Below are positions 1 through 15,000 of a stretch of DNA of 64,000 nt, piece by piece (positions within the stretch are counted from its first letter, which is position 1; each line of letters begins with the position of its first letter). The stretch covers positions 25,172,001-25,236,000 of the forward strand of contig OZ024741.1 of the NCBI GenBank assembly GCA_964016885.1, given 5' to 3'. A model generated the notes under the pieces. That model ran no database searches. It was not told where the DNA came from and saw only the letters and a program-made list of their open reading frames with translations. Origin of the DNA: Eledone cirrhosa (Eukaryota). The position numbers and the translations under genes are program-made.

Positions 1-3000
1 ACAGTGTCTTTTATTAGAAATATGGTAATGAAAGGGTTAAACAACATAGACAGTGTCTTTTATTAGAAATATGATAATGAAAGGGTTAAACAACATAGAC
101 AGTGTGTTTTATTAGAAATATGGTAATGAAAGGGTTAAACAACATAGACAGTGTCTTTTATTAGAAATATGGTAATGAAAGGGTTAAACAACATAGACAG
201 TATCTTTTATTAGAAATATGGTAATGAAAGAGTTAAACAACATAGACAGTGTCTTTTATTAGAAATATGGTAATGAAAGGGTTAAACAACAAATATGGTA
301 ATGAAAAGTTTAAACAACATAGACAGTGTCTTTTATTAGAAATATGATAATGAAAGGGTTAAACAACATAGACAGTGTCTTTTATTAGAAATATGGTAAT
401 GAAAGAGTTAAACAACATAGACAGTGTCTTTTATTAGAAATATGGTAATGAAAGGGTTAAACAACATAGACAGTGTCTTTTATTAGAAATATGGTAATGA
501 AAGGCTTAAACAACATAGTCAGTGTCTTTTATTAGAAATATGATAATGAAAGGGTTAAACAACATAGACAGTGTCTTTTATTAGAAATATGGTAATGAAA
601 GGGTTAAACAACATAGACAGGGTTTTTTATTAGAAATATGGTAATGAAAGGGTTAAACAAAAAATATGGTAATGAAAAGTTTAAACAACATAGACAGTGT
701 CTTTTATTAGAAATATGATAATGAAAGGGTTAAACAACATAGACAGTGTCTGTTATTAGAAATATGGTAATGAAAGGGTTAAACAACATAGACAGTGTGT
801 TTTATTAGATATATGGTAATGAAAGGGTTAAACAACATAGACAGTGTGTTTTATTAGAAATATGGTAATGAAAGGGTTAAACAACATAGACAGTATCTTT
901 TATTAGAAATATGGTAATGAAAGGGTTCAACAACATAGACAGTGTCTTTTATTAGAAATATGGTAATGAAAGGGTTAAACAACATAGACAGTGTCTTTTA
1001 TTAGAAATATGGTAATGAAAGGGTTAAAAAACATAGACAGTGTCTTTTATTAGAAATATGGTAATGAAAGAGTTAAACAACATAGACAGTGTCTTTTATT
1101 AGAAATATGGTAATGAAAGAGTTAAACAACATAGACAGTGTCTTTTATTAGAAATATGGTAATGAAAGGGTTAAACAACATAGACAGTGTCTTTTATTAG
1201 AAATATGGTAATGAAAGGCTTAAACAACATAGTCAGTGTCTTTTATTAGAAATATGGTAAAGAAAGAGTTAAACAACATAGGCAGTGTCTTTTATTAGAA
1301 ATATGGTAATGAAAGGGTTAAACAACAAATATGGTAATGAAAAGGTTAAACAACATAGACAGTGTCTTTTATTAGAAATATGATAATGAAAGGGTTAAAC
1401 AATATAGACAGTGTCTTTTATTAGAAATATGATAATGAAAGGGTTAAACAACATAGACAGTCTCTTTTATTAGAAATAGAGTAATGAAAGGGTTAAACAA
1501 CATAGACAGGGTTTTTTATTAGAAATATGATAATGAAAGGGTTAAACAACATAGACAGTGTCTTTTATTAGAAATATGGTAATGAAAGGGTTAAACAACA
1601 TAGACAGTGTCTTTTATTAGAAATATGTTAATGAAAGGGTTAAACAACATAGACAGTGTGTTTTATTAGAAATATGGTAATGAAAGGGTTAAACAACATA
1701 GACAGTGTCTTTTATTAGAAATATGGTAATGAAAGGGTTAAACAACATAGACAGTATCTTTTATTAGAAATATGGTAATGAAAGAGTTAAACAACATAGA
1801 CAGTGTCTTTTATTAGAAATATGGTAATGAAAGGGTTAAACAACATAGTGTCTTCTATTAGAAATATGATAATGAAAGGGTTAAACAACATAGACAGTGT
1901 CTTTTATTAGAAATATGGTAATGAAAGGGTTAAACAACATAGACAGGGTTTTTTATTAGAAATATGGTAATGAAAGGGTTAAACAAAAAATATGGTAATG
2001 AAAAGTTTAAACAACATAGACAGTGTCTTTTATTAGAAATATGATAATGAAAGGGTTAAAAAACATAGACAGTGTCTGTTATTAGAAATATGGTAATGAA
2101 AGGGTTAAACAACATAGACAGTGTGTTTTATTAGATATATGGTAATGAAAGGGTTAAACAACATAGACAGTGTGTTTTATTAGAAATATGGTAATGAAAG
2201 GGTTAAACAACATAGACAGTATCTTTTATTAGAAATATGGTAATGAAAGGGTTCAACAACATAGACAGTGTCTTTTATTAGAAATATGGTAATGAAAGGG
2301 TTAAACAACATAGACAGTGTCTTTTATTAGAAATATGGTAATGAAAGGGTTAAACAACATAGACAGTGTCTTTTATTAGAAATATGGTAATGAAAGAGTT
2401 AAACACCATAGACAGTGTCTTTTATTAGAAATATGGTAATGAAAGGGTTAAACAACATAGACAGTGTCTTTTATTAGAAATATGGTAATGAAAGGCTTAA
2501 ACAACATAGTCAGTGTCTTTTATTAGAAATATGGTAATGAAAGAGTTAAACAACATAGACAGTGTCTTTTATTAGAAATATGGTAATGAAAGGGTTAAAC
2601 AACAAATATGGTAATGAAAAGGTTAAACAACATAGACAGTGTCTTTTATTAGAAATATGATAATGAAAGTGTTAAACAACATAGACAGTGTCTTTTATTA
2701 GAAATATGGTAATGAAAGGGTTAAACAACATAGACAGTGTCTTTTATTAGAAATATGGTAATGAAAGGCTTAAACAACATAGTCAGTGTCTTTTATTAGA
2801 AATATGGTAATGAAAGAGTTAAACAACATAGACAGTGTCTTTTATTAGAAATATGGTAATGAAAGGGTTAAACAACAAATATGGTAATGAAACGGTTAAA
2901 CAACATAGACAGTGTCTTTTATTAGAAATATGGTAATGAAAGGGTTAAACAACATAGACAGTGTCTTTTATTAGAAATATGATAATGAAAGGGTTAAACA

Positions 3001-6000
3001 ACATAGACAGTGTGTTTTATTAGAAATATGGTAATGAAAGGGTTAAACAACATAGACAGTGTCTTTTATTAGAAATATGGTAATGAAAGGGTTAAACAAC
3101 ATAGACAGTATCTTTTATTAGAAATATGGTAATGAAAGAGTTAAACAACATAGACAGTGTCTTTTATTAGAAATATGGTAATGAAAGGGTTAAACAACAA
3201 ATATGGTAATGAAAAGGCTAAACAACATAGACAGTGTCTTTTATTAGAAATATGATAATGAAAGGGTTAAACAATATAGACAGTGTCTTTTATTAGAAAT
3301 ATGATAATGAAAGGGTTAAACAACATAGATAGTGTCTTTTATTAGAAATAGGGTAATGAAAGGGTTAAACAACATAGACAGGGTTTTTTATTAGAAATAT
3401 GATAATGAAAGGGTTAAACAACATAGACAGTGTCTTTTATTAGAAATATGGTAATGAAAGGGTTAAACAACATAGACAGTGTCTTTTATTAGAAATATGG
3501 TAATGAAAGGGTTAAACAACATAGACAGTGTCTTTTATTAGAAATATGGTAATGAAAGGGTTAAACAACATAGACAGTGTCTTTTATTAGAAATATGGTA
3601 ATGAAAGGGTTAAACAACATAGATAGTGTCTTTTATTAGAAATATGGTAATGAAAGGGTTAAACAACATAGACAGTGTCTTTTATTAGAAATATGATAAT
3701 GAAAGGGTTAAACAACATAGACTGTGTCTTTTATTAGAAATAGGGTAATGAAAGGGTTAAACAACATAGTGTCTTCTATTAGAAATATGATAATGAAAGG
3801 GTTAAACAACATAGACAGTGTCTTTTATTAGAAATATGGTAATGAAAGGGTTAAACAACATAGACAGTGTCTTTTATTAGAAATAGGGTAATGAAAGGGT
3901 TAAACAACATAGACAGGGTTTTTTATTAGAAATATGATAATGAAAGGGTTAAACAACATAGACAGTGTCTTTTATTAGAAATATGGTAATGAAAGGGTTA
4001 AAAAACATAGACAGGGTTTTTTATTAGAAATATGGTAATGAAAGGGTTAAACAACAAATATGGTAATGAAAAGGTTAAACAACATAGACAGTGTCTTTTA
4101 TTAGAAATATGATAATGAAAGGGTTAAACAACATAGACAGTGTGTTTTATTAGATATATGGTAATGAAAGGGTTAAACAACATAGACAGTGTGTTTTATT
4201 AGAAATATGGTAATGAAAGGGTTAAACAACATAGACAGTGTCTTTTATTAGAAATATGGTAATGAAAGAGTTAAACAACATAGACAGTGTCTTTTATTAG
4301 AAATATGGTAATGAAAGGGTTAAACAACATAGACAGTGTCTTTTATTAGAAATATGGTAATGAAAGGCTTAAACAACATAGTCAGTGTCTTTTATTAGAA
4401 ATATGATAATGAAAGGGTTAAACAACATAGACAGTGTCTTTTATTAGAAATATGGTAATGAAAGGGTTAAACAACATAGACAGGGTTTTTTATTAGAAAT
4501 ATGGTAATGAAAGGGTTAAACAAAAAATATGGTAATGAAAAGTTTAAACAACATAGACAGTGTCTTTTATTAGAAATATGATAATGAAAGGGTTAAACAA
4601 CATAGACAGTGTCTGTTATTAGAAATATGGTAATGAAAGGGTTAAACAACATAGACAGTGTGTTTTATTAGATATATGGTAATGAAAGGGTTAAACAACA
4701 TAGACAGTGTGTTTTATTAGAAATATGGTAATGAAAGGGTTAAACAACATAGACAGTATCTTTTATTAGAAATATGGTAATGAAAGGGTTCAACAACATA
4801 GACAGTGTCTTTTATTAGAAATATGGTAATGAAAGGGTTAAACAACATAGACAGTGTCTTTTATTAGAAATATGGTAATGAAAGGGTTAAAAAACATAGA
4901 CAGTGTCTTTTATTAGAAATATGGTAATGAAAGAGTGAAACAACATAGACAGTGTCTTTTATTAGAAATATGGTAATGAAAGAGTTAAACAACATAGACA
5001 GTGTCTTTTATTAGAAATATGGTAATGAAAGGGTTAAACAACATAGACAGTGTCTTTTATTAGAAATATGGTAAAGAAAGAGTTAAACAACATAGACAGT
5101 GTCTTTTATTAGAAATATGGTAATGAAAGGGTTAAACAACAAATATGGTAATGAAAAGGTTAAACAACATAGACAGTGTCTTTTATTAGAAATATGGTAA
5201 TGAAAGGGTTAAACAACATAGACAGTGTCTTTTATTAGAAATATGTTAATGAAAGGGTTAAACAACATAGACAGTGTCTTTTATTAGAAATAGGGTAATG
5301 AAAGAGTTAAACAACATAGACAGTGTCTTTTATTAGAAATATGGTAATGAAAGGGTTAAACAACATAGACAGTATCTTTTATTAGAAATATGGTAATGAA
5401 AGAGTTAAACAACATAGACAGTGTTTTTATTAGAAATATGGTAATGAAAGGGTTAAACAACATAGTGTCTTCTATTAGAAATATGATAATGAAAGGGTTA
5501 AACAACATAGACAGTGTGTTTTATTAGAAATATGGTAATGAAAGGGTTAAACAACATAGACAGTGTCTTTTATTAGAAATATGGTAATGAAAGGGTTAAA
5601 CAACATAGACAGTATCTTTTATTAGAAATATGGTAATGAAAGAGTTAAACAACATAGACAGTGTCTTTTATTAGAAATATGGTAATGAAAGGGTTAAACA
5701 ACATAGTGTCTTCTATTAGAAATATGATAATGAAAGGGTTAAACAACATAGACAGTGTGTTTTATTAGAAATATGGTAATGAAAGGGTTAAACAACATAG
5801 ACAGTGTCTTTTATTAGAAATATGGTAATGAAAGGGTTAAACAACATAGACAGTATCTTTTATTAGAAATATGGTAATGAAAGAGTTAAACAACATAGAC
5901 AGTGTCTTTTATTAGAAATATGGTAATGAAAGGGTTAAACAACATAGTGTCTTCTATTAGAAATATGATAATGAAAGGGTTAAACAACATAGACAGTGTC

Positions 6001-9000
6001 TTTTATTAGAAATATGGTAATGAAAGGGTTAAACAACATAGACAGGGTTTTTTATTAGAAATATGGTAATGAAAGGGTTAAACAAAAAATATGGTAATGA
6101 AAAGTTTAAACAACATAGACAGTGTCTTTTATTAGAAATATGATAATGAAAGGGTTAAACAACATAGACAGTGTCTGTTATTAGAAATATGGTAATGAAA
6201 GGGTTAAACAACATAGACAGTGTGTTTTATTAGAAATATGGTAATGAAAGGGTTAAACAACATAGACAGTGTGTTTTATTAGATATATGGTAATGAAAGG
6301 GTTAAACAACATAGACAGTGTGTTTTATTAGAAATATGGTAATGAAAGGGTTAAACAACATAGACAGTATCTTTTATTAGAAATATGGTAATGAAAGGGT
6401 TCAACAACATAGACAGTGTCTTTTATTAGAAATATGGTAATGAAAGGGTTAAACAACATAGACAGTGTCTTTTATTAGAAATATGGTAATGAAAGGGTTA
6501 AAAAACATAGACAGTGTGTTTTATTAGAAATATGGTAATGAAAGGTTTAAACAACAAATATGGTAATGAAAAGGTTAAACAACATAGACAGTGTCTTTTA
6601 TTAGAAATATGGTAATGAAAGGGTTAAACAACATAGACAGTGTCTTTTATTAGAAATATGTTAATGAAAGGGTTAAACAACATAGACAGTGTCTTTTATT
6701 AGAAATATGGTAATGAAAGGGTTAAACAACATAGACAGTGTCTTTTATTAGAAATATGGTAATGAAAGGGTTAAACAACATAGACAGTGTCTTTTATTAG
6801 AAATATGGTAATGAAAGAGTTAAACAACATAGACAGTGTCTTTTATTAGAAATATGGTAATGAAAGGGTTAAACAACATAGACAGTGTCTTTTATTAGAA
6901 ATATGGTAAAGAAAGAGTTAAACAACATAGACAGTGTCTTTTATTAGAAATATGGTAATGAAAGGTTTAAACAACAAATATGGTAATGAAAAGGTTAAAC
7001 AACATAGACAGTGTCTTTTATTAGAAATATGGTAATGAAAGGGTTAAACAACATAGACAGTGTCTTTTATTAGAAATATGTTAATGAAAGGGTTAAACAA
7101 CATAGACAGTGTGTTTTATTAGAAATATGGTAATGAAAGGGTTAAACAACATAGACAGTGTCTTTTATTAGAAATATGGTAATGAAAGGGTTAAACAACA
7201 TAGACAGTATCTTTTATTAGAAATATGGTAATGAAAGAGTTAAACAACATAGACAGTGTCTTTTATTAGAAATATGGTAATGAAAGGGTTAAACAACATA
7301 GTGTCTTCTATTAGAAATATGATAATGAAAGGGTTAAACAACATAGACAGTGTCTTTTATTAGAAATATGGTAATGAAAGGGTTAAACAACATAGACAGG
7401 GTTTTTTATTAGAAACATGGTAATGAAAGGGTTAAACAAAAAATATGGTAATGAAAGGGTTAAACAACATAGACAGTATCTTTTATTAGAAATATGGTAA
7501 TGAAAGGGTTCAACAACATAGACAGTGTCTTTTATTAGAAATATGGTAATGAAAGGGTTAAACAACATAGACAGTGTCTTTTATTAGAAATATGATAATG
7601 AAAGGATTAAACAACATAGATAGTGTCTTTTATTAGAAATAGGGTAATGAAAGGGTTAAACAACATAGACAGGGTTTTTTATTAGAAATATGATAATGAA
7701 AGGGTTAAACAACATAGACAGTGTCTTTTATTAGAAATATGGTAATGAAAGGGTTAAACAACATAGACAGTGTCTTTTATTAGAAATATGGTAATGAAAG
7801 GGTTAAACAACATAGACAGTGTCTTTTATTAGAAATATGGTAATGAAAGGGTTAAACAACATAGACAGTGTCTTTTATTAGAAATATGGTAATGAAAGGG
7901 TTAAACAACATAGATAGTGTCTTTTATTAGAAATATGGTAATGAAAGGGTTAAACAACATAGACAGTGTCTTTTATTAGAAATATGATAATGAAAGGGTT
8001 AAACAACATAGACTGTGTCTTTTATTAGAAATAGGGTAATGAAAGGGTTAAACAACATAGTGTCTTCTATTAGAAATATGATAATGAAAGGGTTAAACAA
8101 CATAGACAGTGTCTTTTATTAGAAATATGGTAATGAAAGGGTTAAACAACATAGACAGTGTCTTTTATTAGAAATAGGGTAATGAAAGGGTTAAACAACA
8201 TAGACAGGGTTTTTTATTAGAAATATGATAATGAAAGGGTTAAACAACATAGACAGTGTCTTTTATTAGAAATATGGTAATGAAAGGGTTAAGCAACATA
8301 GACAGGGTTTTTTATTAGAAATATGGTAATGAAAGGGTTAAACAACAAATATGGTAATGAAAAGGTTAAACAACATAGACAGTGTCTTTTATTAGAAATA
8401 TGATAATGAAAGGGTTAAACAACATAGACAGTGTGTTTTATTAGATATATGGTAATGAAAGGGTTAAACAACATAGACAGTGTGTTTTATTAGAAATATG
8501 GTAATGAAAGGGTTAAACAACATAGACAGTATCTTTTATTAGAAATATGGTAATGAAAGGGTTAAACAACATAGACAGTGTCTTTTATTAGAAATATGGT
8601 AATGAAAGGGTTAAACAACATAGACAGTGTCTTTTATTAGAAATATGGTAATGAAAGAGTTAAACAACATAGACAGTGTCTTTTATTAGAAATATGGTAA
8701 TGAAAGGGTTAAACAACATAGACAGTGTCTTTTATTAGAAATATGGTAATGAAAGGCTTAAACAACATAGTCAGTGTCTTTTATTAGAAATATGGTAAAG
8801 AAAGAGTTAAACAACATAGACAGTGTCTTTTATTAGAAATATGGTAATGAAAGGGTTAAACAACAAATATGGTAATGAAAAGGTTAAACAACATAGACAG
8901 TGTCTTTTATTAGAAATATGATAATGAAAGGGTTAAACAACATAGACAGTGTCTTTTATTAGAAATATGGTAATGAAAGGGTTAAACAACATAGACAGGG

Positions 9001-12000
9001 TTTTTTATTAGAAATATGGTAATGAAAGGGTTAAACAAAAAATATGGTAATGAAAAGTTTAAACAACATAGACAGTGTCTTTTATTAGAAATATGATAAT
9101 GAAAGGGTTAAACAACATAGACAGTGTCTGTTATTAGAAATATGGTAATGAAAGGGTTAAACAACATAGACAGTGTGTTTTATTAGATATATGGTAATGA
9201 AAGGGTTAAACAACATAGACAGTGTGTTTTATTAGAAATATGGTAATGAAAGGGTTAAACAACATAGACAGTATCTTTTATTAGAAATATGGTAATGAAA
9301 GGGTTCAACAACATAGACAGTGTCTTTTATTAGAAATATGGTAATGAAAGGGTTAAACAACATAGACAGTGTCTTTTATTAGAAATATGGTAATGAAAGG
9401 GTTAAAAAACATAGACAGTGTCTTTTATTAGAAATATGGTAATGAAAGAGTGAAACAACATAGACAGTGTCTTTTATTAGAAATATGGTAATGAAAGAGT
9501 TAAACAACATAGACAGTGTCTTTTATTAGAAATATGGTAATGAAAGGGTTAAACAACATAGACAGTGTCTTTTATTAGAAATATGGTAAAGAAAGAGTTA
9601 AACAACATAGACAGTGTCTTTTATTAGAAATATGGTAATGAAAGGGTTAAACAACAAATATGGTAATGAAAAGGTTAAACAACATAGACAGCGTCTTTTA
9701 TTAGAAATATGGTAATGAAAGGGTTAAACAACATAGACAGTGTCTTTTATTAGAAATATGTTAATGAAAGGGTTAAACAACATAGACAGTGTCTTTTATT
9801 AGAAATAGGGTAATGAAAGAGTTAAACAACATAGACAGTGTCTTTTATTAGAAATATGGTAATGAAAGGGTTAAACAACATAGACAGTATCTTTTATTAG
9901 AAATATGGTAATGAAAGAGTTAAACAACATAGACAGTGTCTTTTATTAGAAATATGGTAATGAAAGGGTTAAACAACATAGTGTCTTCTATTAGAAATAT
10001 GATAATGAAAGGGTTAAACAACATAGACAGTGTGTTTTATTAGAAATATGGTAATGAAAGGGTTAAACAACATAGACAGTGTCTTTTATTAGAAATATGG
10101 TAATGAAAGGGTTAAACAACATAGACAGTATCTTTTATTAGAAATATGGTAATGAAAGAGTTAAACAACATAGACAGTGTCTTTTATTAGAAATATGGTA
10201 ATGAAAGGGTTAAACAACATAGTGTCTTCTATTAGAAATATGATAATGAAAGGGTTAAACAACATAGACAGTGTGTTTTATTAGAAATATGGTAATGAAA
10301 GGGTTAAACAACATAGACAGTGTCTTTTATTAGAAATATGGTAATGAAAGGGTTAAACAACATAGACAGTATCTTTTATTAGAAATATGGTAATGAAAGA
10401 GTTAAACAACATAGACAGTGTCTTTTATTAGAAATATGGTAATGAAAAGGGTTAAACAACATAGTGTCTTCTATTAGAAATATGATAATGAAAGGGTTAA
10501 ACAACATAGACAGTGTCTTTTATTAGAAATATGGTAATGAAAGGGTTAAACAACATAGACAGGGTTTTTTATTAGAAATATGGTAATGAAAGGGTTAAAC
10601 AAAAAATATGGTAATGAAAAGTTTAAACAACATAGACAGTGTCTTTTATTAGAAATATGATAATGAAAGGGTTAAACAACATAGACAGTGTCTGTTATTA
10701 GAAATATGGTAATGAAAGGGTTAAACAACATAGACAGTGTGTTTTATTAGATATATGGTAATGAAAGGGTTAAACAACATAGACAGTGTGTTTTATTAGA
10801 AATATGGTAATGAAAGGGTTAAACAACATAGACAGTATCTTTTATTAGAAATATGGTAATGAAAGGGTTCAACAACATAGACAGTGTCTTTTATTAGAAA
10901 TATGGTAATGAAAGGGTTAAACAACATAGACAGTGTCTTTTATTAGAAATATGGTAATGAAAGGGTTAAAAAACATAGACAGTGTGTTTTATTAGAAATA
11001 TGGTAATGAAAGGTTTAAACAACAAATATGGTAATGAAAAGGTTAAACAACATAGACAGTGTCTTTTATTAGAAATATGGTAATGAAAGGGTTAAACAAC
11101 ATAGACAGTGTCTTTTATTAGAAATATGTTAATGAAAGGGTTAAACAACATAGACAGTGTCTTTTATTAGAAATATGGTAATGAAAGGGTTAAACAACAT
11201 AGACAGTGTCTTTTATTAGAAATATGGTAATGAAAGGGTTAAACAACATAGACAGTGTCTTTTATTAGAAATATGGTAATGAAAGAGTTAAACAACATAG
11301 ACAGTGTATTTTATTAGAAATATGGTAATGAAAGGGTTAAACAACATAGACAGTGTCTTTTATTAGAAATATGGTAAAGAAAGAGTTAAACAACATAGAC
11401 AGTGTCTTTTATTAGAAATATGGTAATGAAAGGTTTAAACAACAAATATGGTAATGAAAAGGTTAAACAACATAGACAGTGTCTTTTATTAGAAATATGG
11501 TAATGAAAGGGTTAAACAACATAGACAGTGTCTTTTATTAGAAATATGTTAATGAAAGGGTTAAACAACATAGACAGTGTGTTTTATTAGAAATATGGTA
11601 ATGAAAGGGTTAAACAACATAGACAGTGTCTTTTATTAGAAATATGGTAATGAAAGGGTTAAACAACATAGACAGTATCTTTTATTAGAAATATGGTAAT
11701 GAAAGAGTTAAACAACATAGACAGTGTCTTTTATTAGAAATATGGTAATGAAAGGGTTAAACAACATAGTGTCTTCTATTAGAAATATGATAATGAAAGG
11801 GTTAAACAACATAGACAGTGTCTTTTATTAGAAATATGGTAATGAAAGGGTTAAACAACATAGACAGGGTTTTTTATTAGAAATATGGTAATGAAAGGGT
11901 TAAACAAAAAATATGGTAATGAAAGGGTTAAACAACATAGACAGTATCTTTTATTAGAAATATGGTAATGAAAGGGTTCAACAACATAGACAGTGTCTTT

Positions 12001-15000
12001 TATTAGAAATATGGTAATGAAAGGGTTAAACAACATAGACAGTGTCTTTTATTAGAAATATGGTAATGAAAGGGTTAAACAACATAGACAGTGTCTTTTA
12101 TTAGAAATATGGTAATGAAAGAGTTAAACAACATAGACAGTGTCTTTTATTAGAAATATGGTAATGAAAGGGTTAAACAACATAGACAGTGTCTTTTATT
12201 AGAAATATGATAATGAAAGGGTTAAACAACATAGACAGTGTGTTTTATTAGAAATATGGTAATGAAAGGGTTAAACAACATAGACAGTGTCTTTTATTAG
12301 AAATATGGTAATGAAAGGGTTAAACAACATAGACAGTGTCTTTTATTAGAAATATGTTAATGAAAGGGTTAAACAACATAGACAGTGTGTTTTATTAGAA
12401 ATATGGTAATGAAAGGGTTAAACAACATAGACAGTGTCTTTTATTAGAAATATGGTAATGAAAGGGTTAAACAACATAGACAGTATCTTTTATTAGAAAT
12501 ATGGTAATGAAAGAGTTAAACAACATAGACAGTGTCTTTTATTAGAAATATGGTAATGAAAGGGTTAAACAACAAATATGGTAATGAAAAGGTTAAACAA
12601 CATAGACAGTGTCTTTTATTAGAAATATGATAATGAAAGGGTTAAACAATATAGACAGTGTCTTTTATTAGAAATATGATAATGAAAGGGTTAAACAACA
12701 TAGACAGTGTCTTTTATTAGAAATATGGTAATGAAAGGGTTAAACAACATAGACAGTGTCTTTTATTAGAAATATGGTAATGAAAGGGTTAAAAAACATA
12801 GACAGTGTCTTTTATTAGAAATATGGTAATGAAAGAGTTAAACAACATAGACAGTGTCTTTTATTAGAAATATGGTAATGAAAGAGTTAAACAACATAGA
12901 CAGTGTCTTTTATTAGAAATATGGTAATGAAAGGGTTAAACAACATAGACAGTGTCTTTTATTAGAAATATGGTAATGAAAGGCTTAAACAACATAGTCA
13001 GTGTCTTTTATTAGAAATATGGTAAAGAAATAGTTAAACAACATAGACAGTGTCTTTTATTAGAAATATGGTAATGAAAGGGTTAAACAACAAATATGGT
13101 AATGAAAAGGTTAAACAACATAGACAGTGTCTTTTATTAGAAATATGGTAATGAAAGGGTTAAACAACATAGACAGTGTCTTTTATTAGAAATATGTTAA
13201 TGAAAGGGTTAAACAACATAGACAGTGTGTTTTATTAGAAATATGGTAATGAAAGGGTTAAACAACATAGACAGTGTCTTTTATTAGAAATATGGTAATG
13301 AAAGGGTTAAACAACATAGACAGTATCTTTTATTAGAAATATGGTAATGAAAGAGTTAAACAACATAGACAGTGTCTTTTATTAGAAATATGGTAATGAA
13401 AGGGTTAAACAACATAGTGTCTTCTATTAGAAATATGATAATGAAAGGGTTAAACAACATAGACAGTGTCTTTTATTAGAAATATGGTAATGAAAGGGTT
13501 AAACAACATAGACAGGGTTTTTTATTAGAAATATGGTAATGAAAGGGTTAAACAAAAAATATGGTAATGAAAAGTTTAAACAACATAGACAGTGTCTTTT
13601 ATTAGAAATATGATAATGAAAGGGTTAAACAACATACACAGTGTCTGTTATTAGAAATATGGTAATGAAAGGGTTAAACAACATAGACAGTGTGTTTTAT
13701 TAGATATATGGTAATGAAAGGGTTAAACAACATAGACAGTGTGTTTTATTAGAAATATGGTAATGAAAGGGTTAAACAACATAGACAGTATCTTTTATTA
13801 GAAATATGGTAATGAAAGGGTTCAACAACATAGACAGTGTCTTTTATTAGAAATATGGTAATGAAAGGGTTAAACAACATAGACAGTGTCTTTTATTAGA
13901 AATATGGTAATGAAAGGGTTAAACAACATAGACAGTGTCTTTTATTAGAAATATGGTAATGAAAGAGTTAAACAACATAGACAGTGTCTTTTATTAGAAA
14001 TATGGTAATGAAAGGGTTAAACAACATAGACAGTGTATTTTATTAGAAATATGGTAATGAAAGGCTTAAACAACATAGTCAGTGTCTTTTATTAGAAATA
14101 TGGTAATGAAAGAGTTAAACAACATAGACAGTGTCTTTTATTAGAAATATGGTAATGAAAGGGTTAAACAACAAATATGGTAATGAAAAGGTTAAACAAC
14201 ATAGACAGTGTCTTTTATTAGAAATATGATAATGAAAGGGTTAAACAACATAGACAGTGTCTTTTATTAGAAATATGGTAATGAAAGGGTTAAACAACAT
14301 AGACAGTGTCTTTTATTAGAAATATGGTAATGAAAGGCTTAAACAACATAGTCAGTGTCTTTTATTAGAAATATGGTAATGAAAGAGTTAAACAACATAG
14401 ACAGTGTCTTTTATTAGAAATATGGTAATGAAAGGGTTAAACAACAAATATGGTAATGAAAAGGTTAAACAACATAGACAGTGTCTTTTATTAGAAATAT
14501 GGTAATGAAAGGGTTAAACAACATAGACAGTGTCTTTTATTAGAAATATGATAATGAAAGGGTTAAACAACATAGACAGTGTGTTTTATTAGAAATATGG
14601 TAATGAAAGGGTTAAACAACATAGACAGTGTCTTTTATTAGAAATATGGTAATGAAAGGGTTAAACAACAAATATGGTAATGAAAAGGTTAAACAACATA
14701 GACAGTGTCTTTTATTAGAAATATGATAATGAAAGGGTTAAACAATATAGACAGTGTCTTTTATAAGAAATATGATAATGAAAGGGTTAAACAACATAGA
14801 CAGTGTCTTTTATTAGAAATAGAGTAATGAAAGGGTTAAACAACATAGACAGGGTTTTTTATTAGAAATATGATAATGAAAGGGTTAAACAACATAGACA
14901 GTGTCTTTTATTAGAAATATGGTAATGAAAGGGTTAAACAACATAGACAGTGTCTTTTATTAGAAATATGTTAATGAAAGGGTTAAACAACATAGACAGT

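Noticed and set aside
33-39. Telomere-like AGGGTTA in each monomer
   Set aside because: It is a single 7-nt match per 49 bp, never tandem TTAGGG, lacks the upstream T of a TRF-type site, and is better explained as GGG|TTAA of a transposon end.
7383-12036. 61-aa minus-strand ORFs at 7383-7568 and 11851-12036
   Set aside because: Chance read-through of satellite monomers where a variant removes a stop. They are useful only as markers of the 4468-bp duplication.
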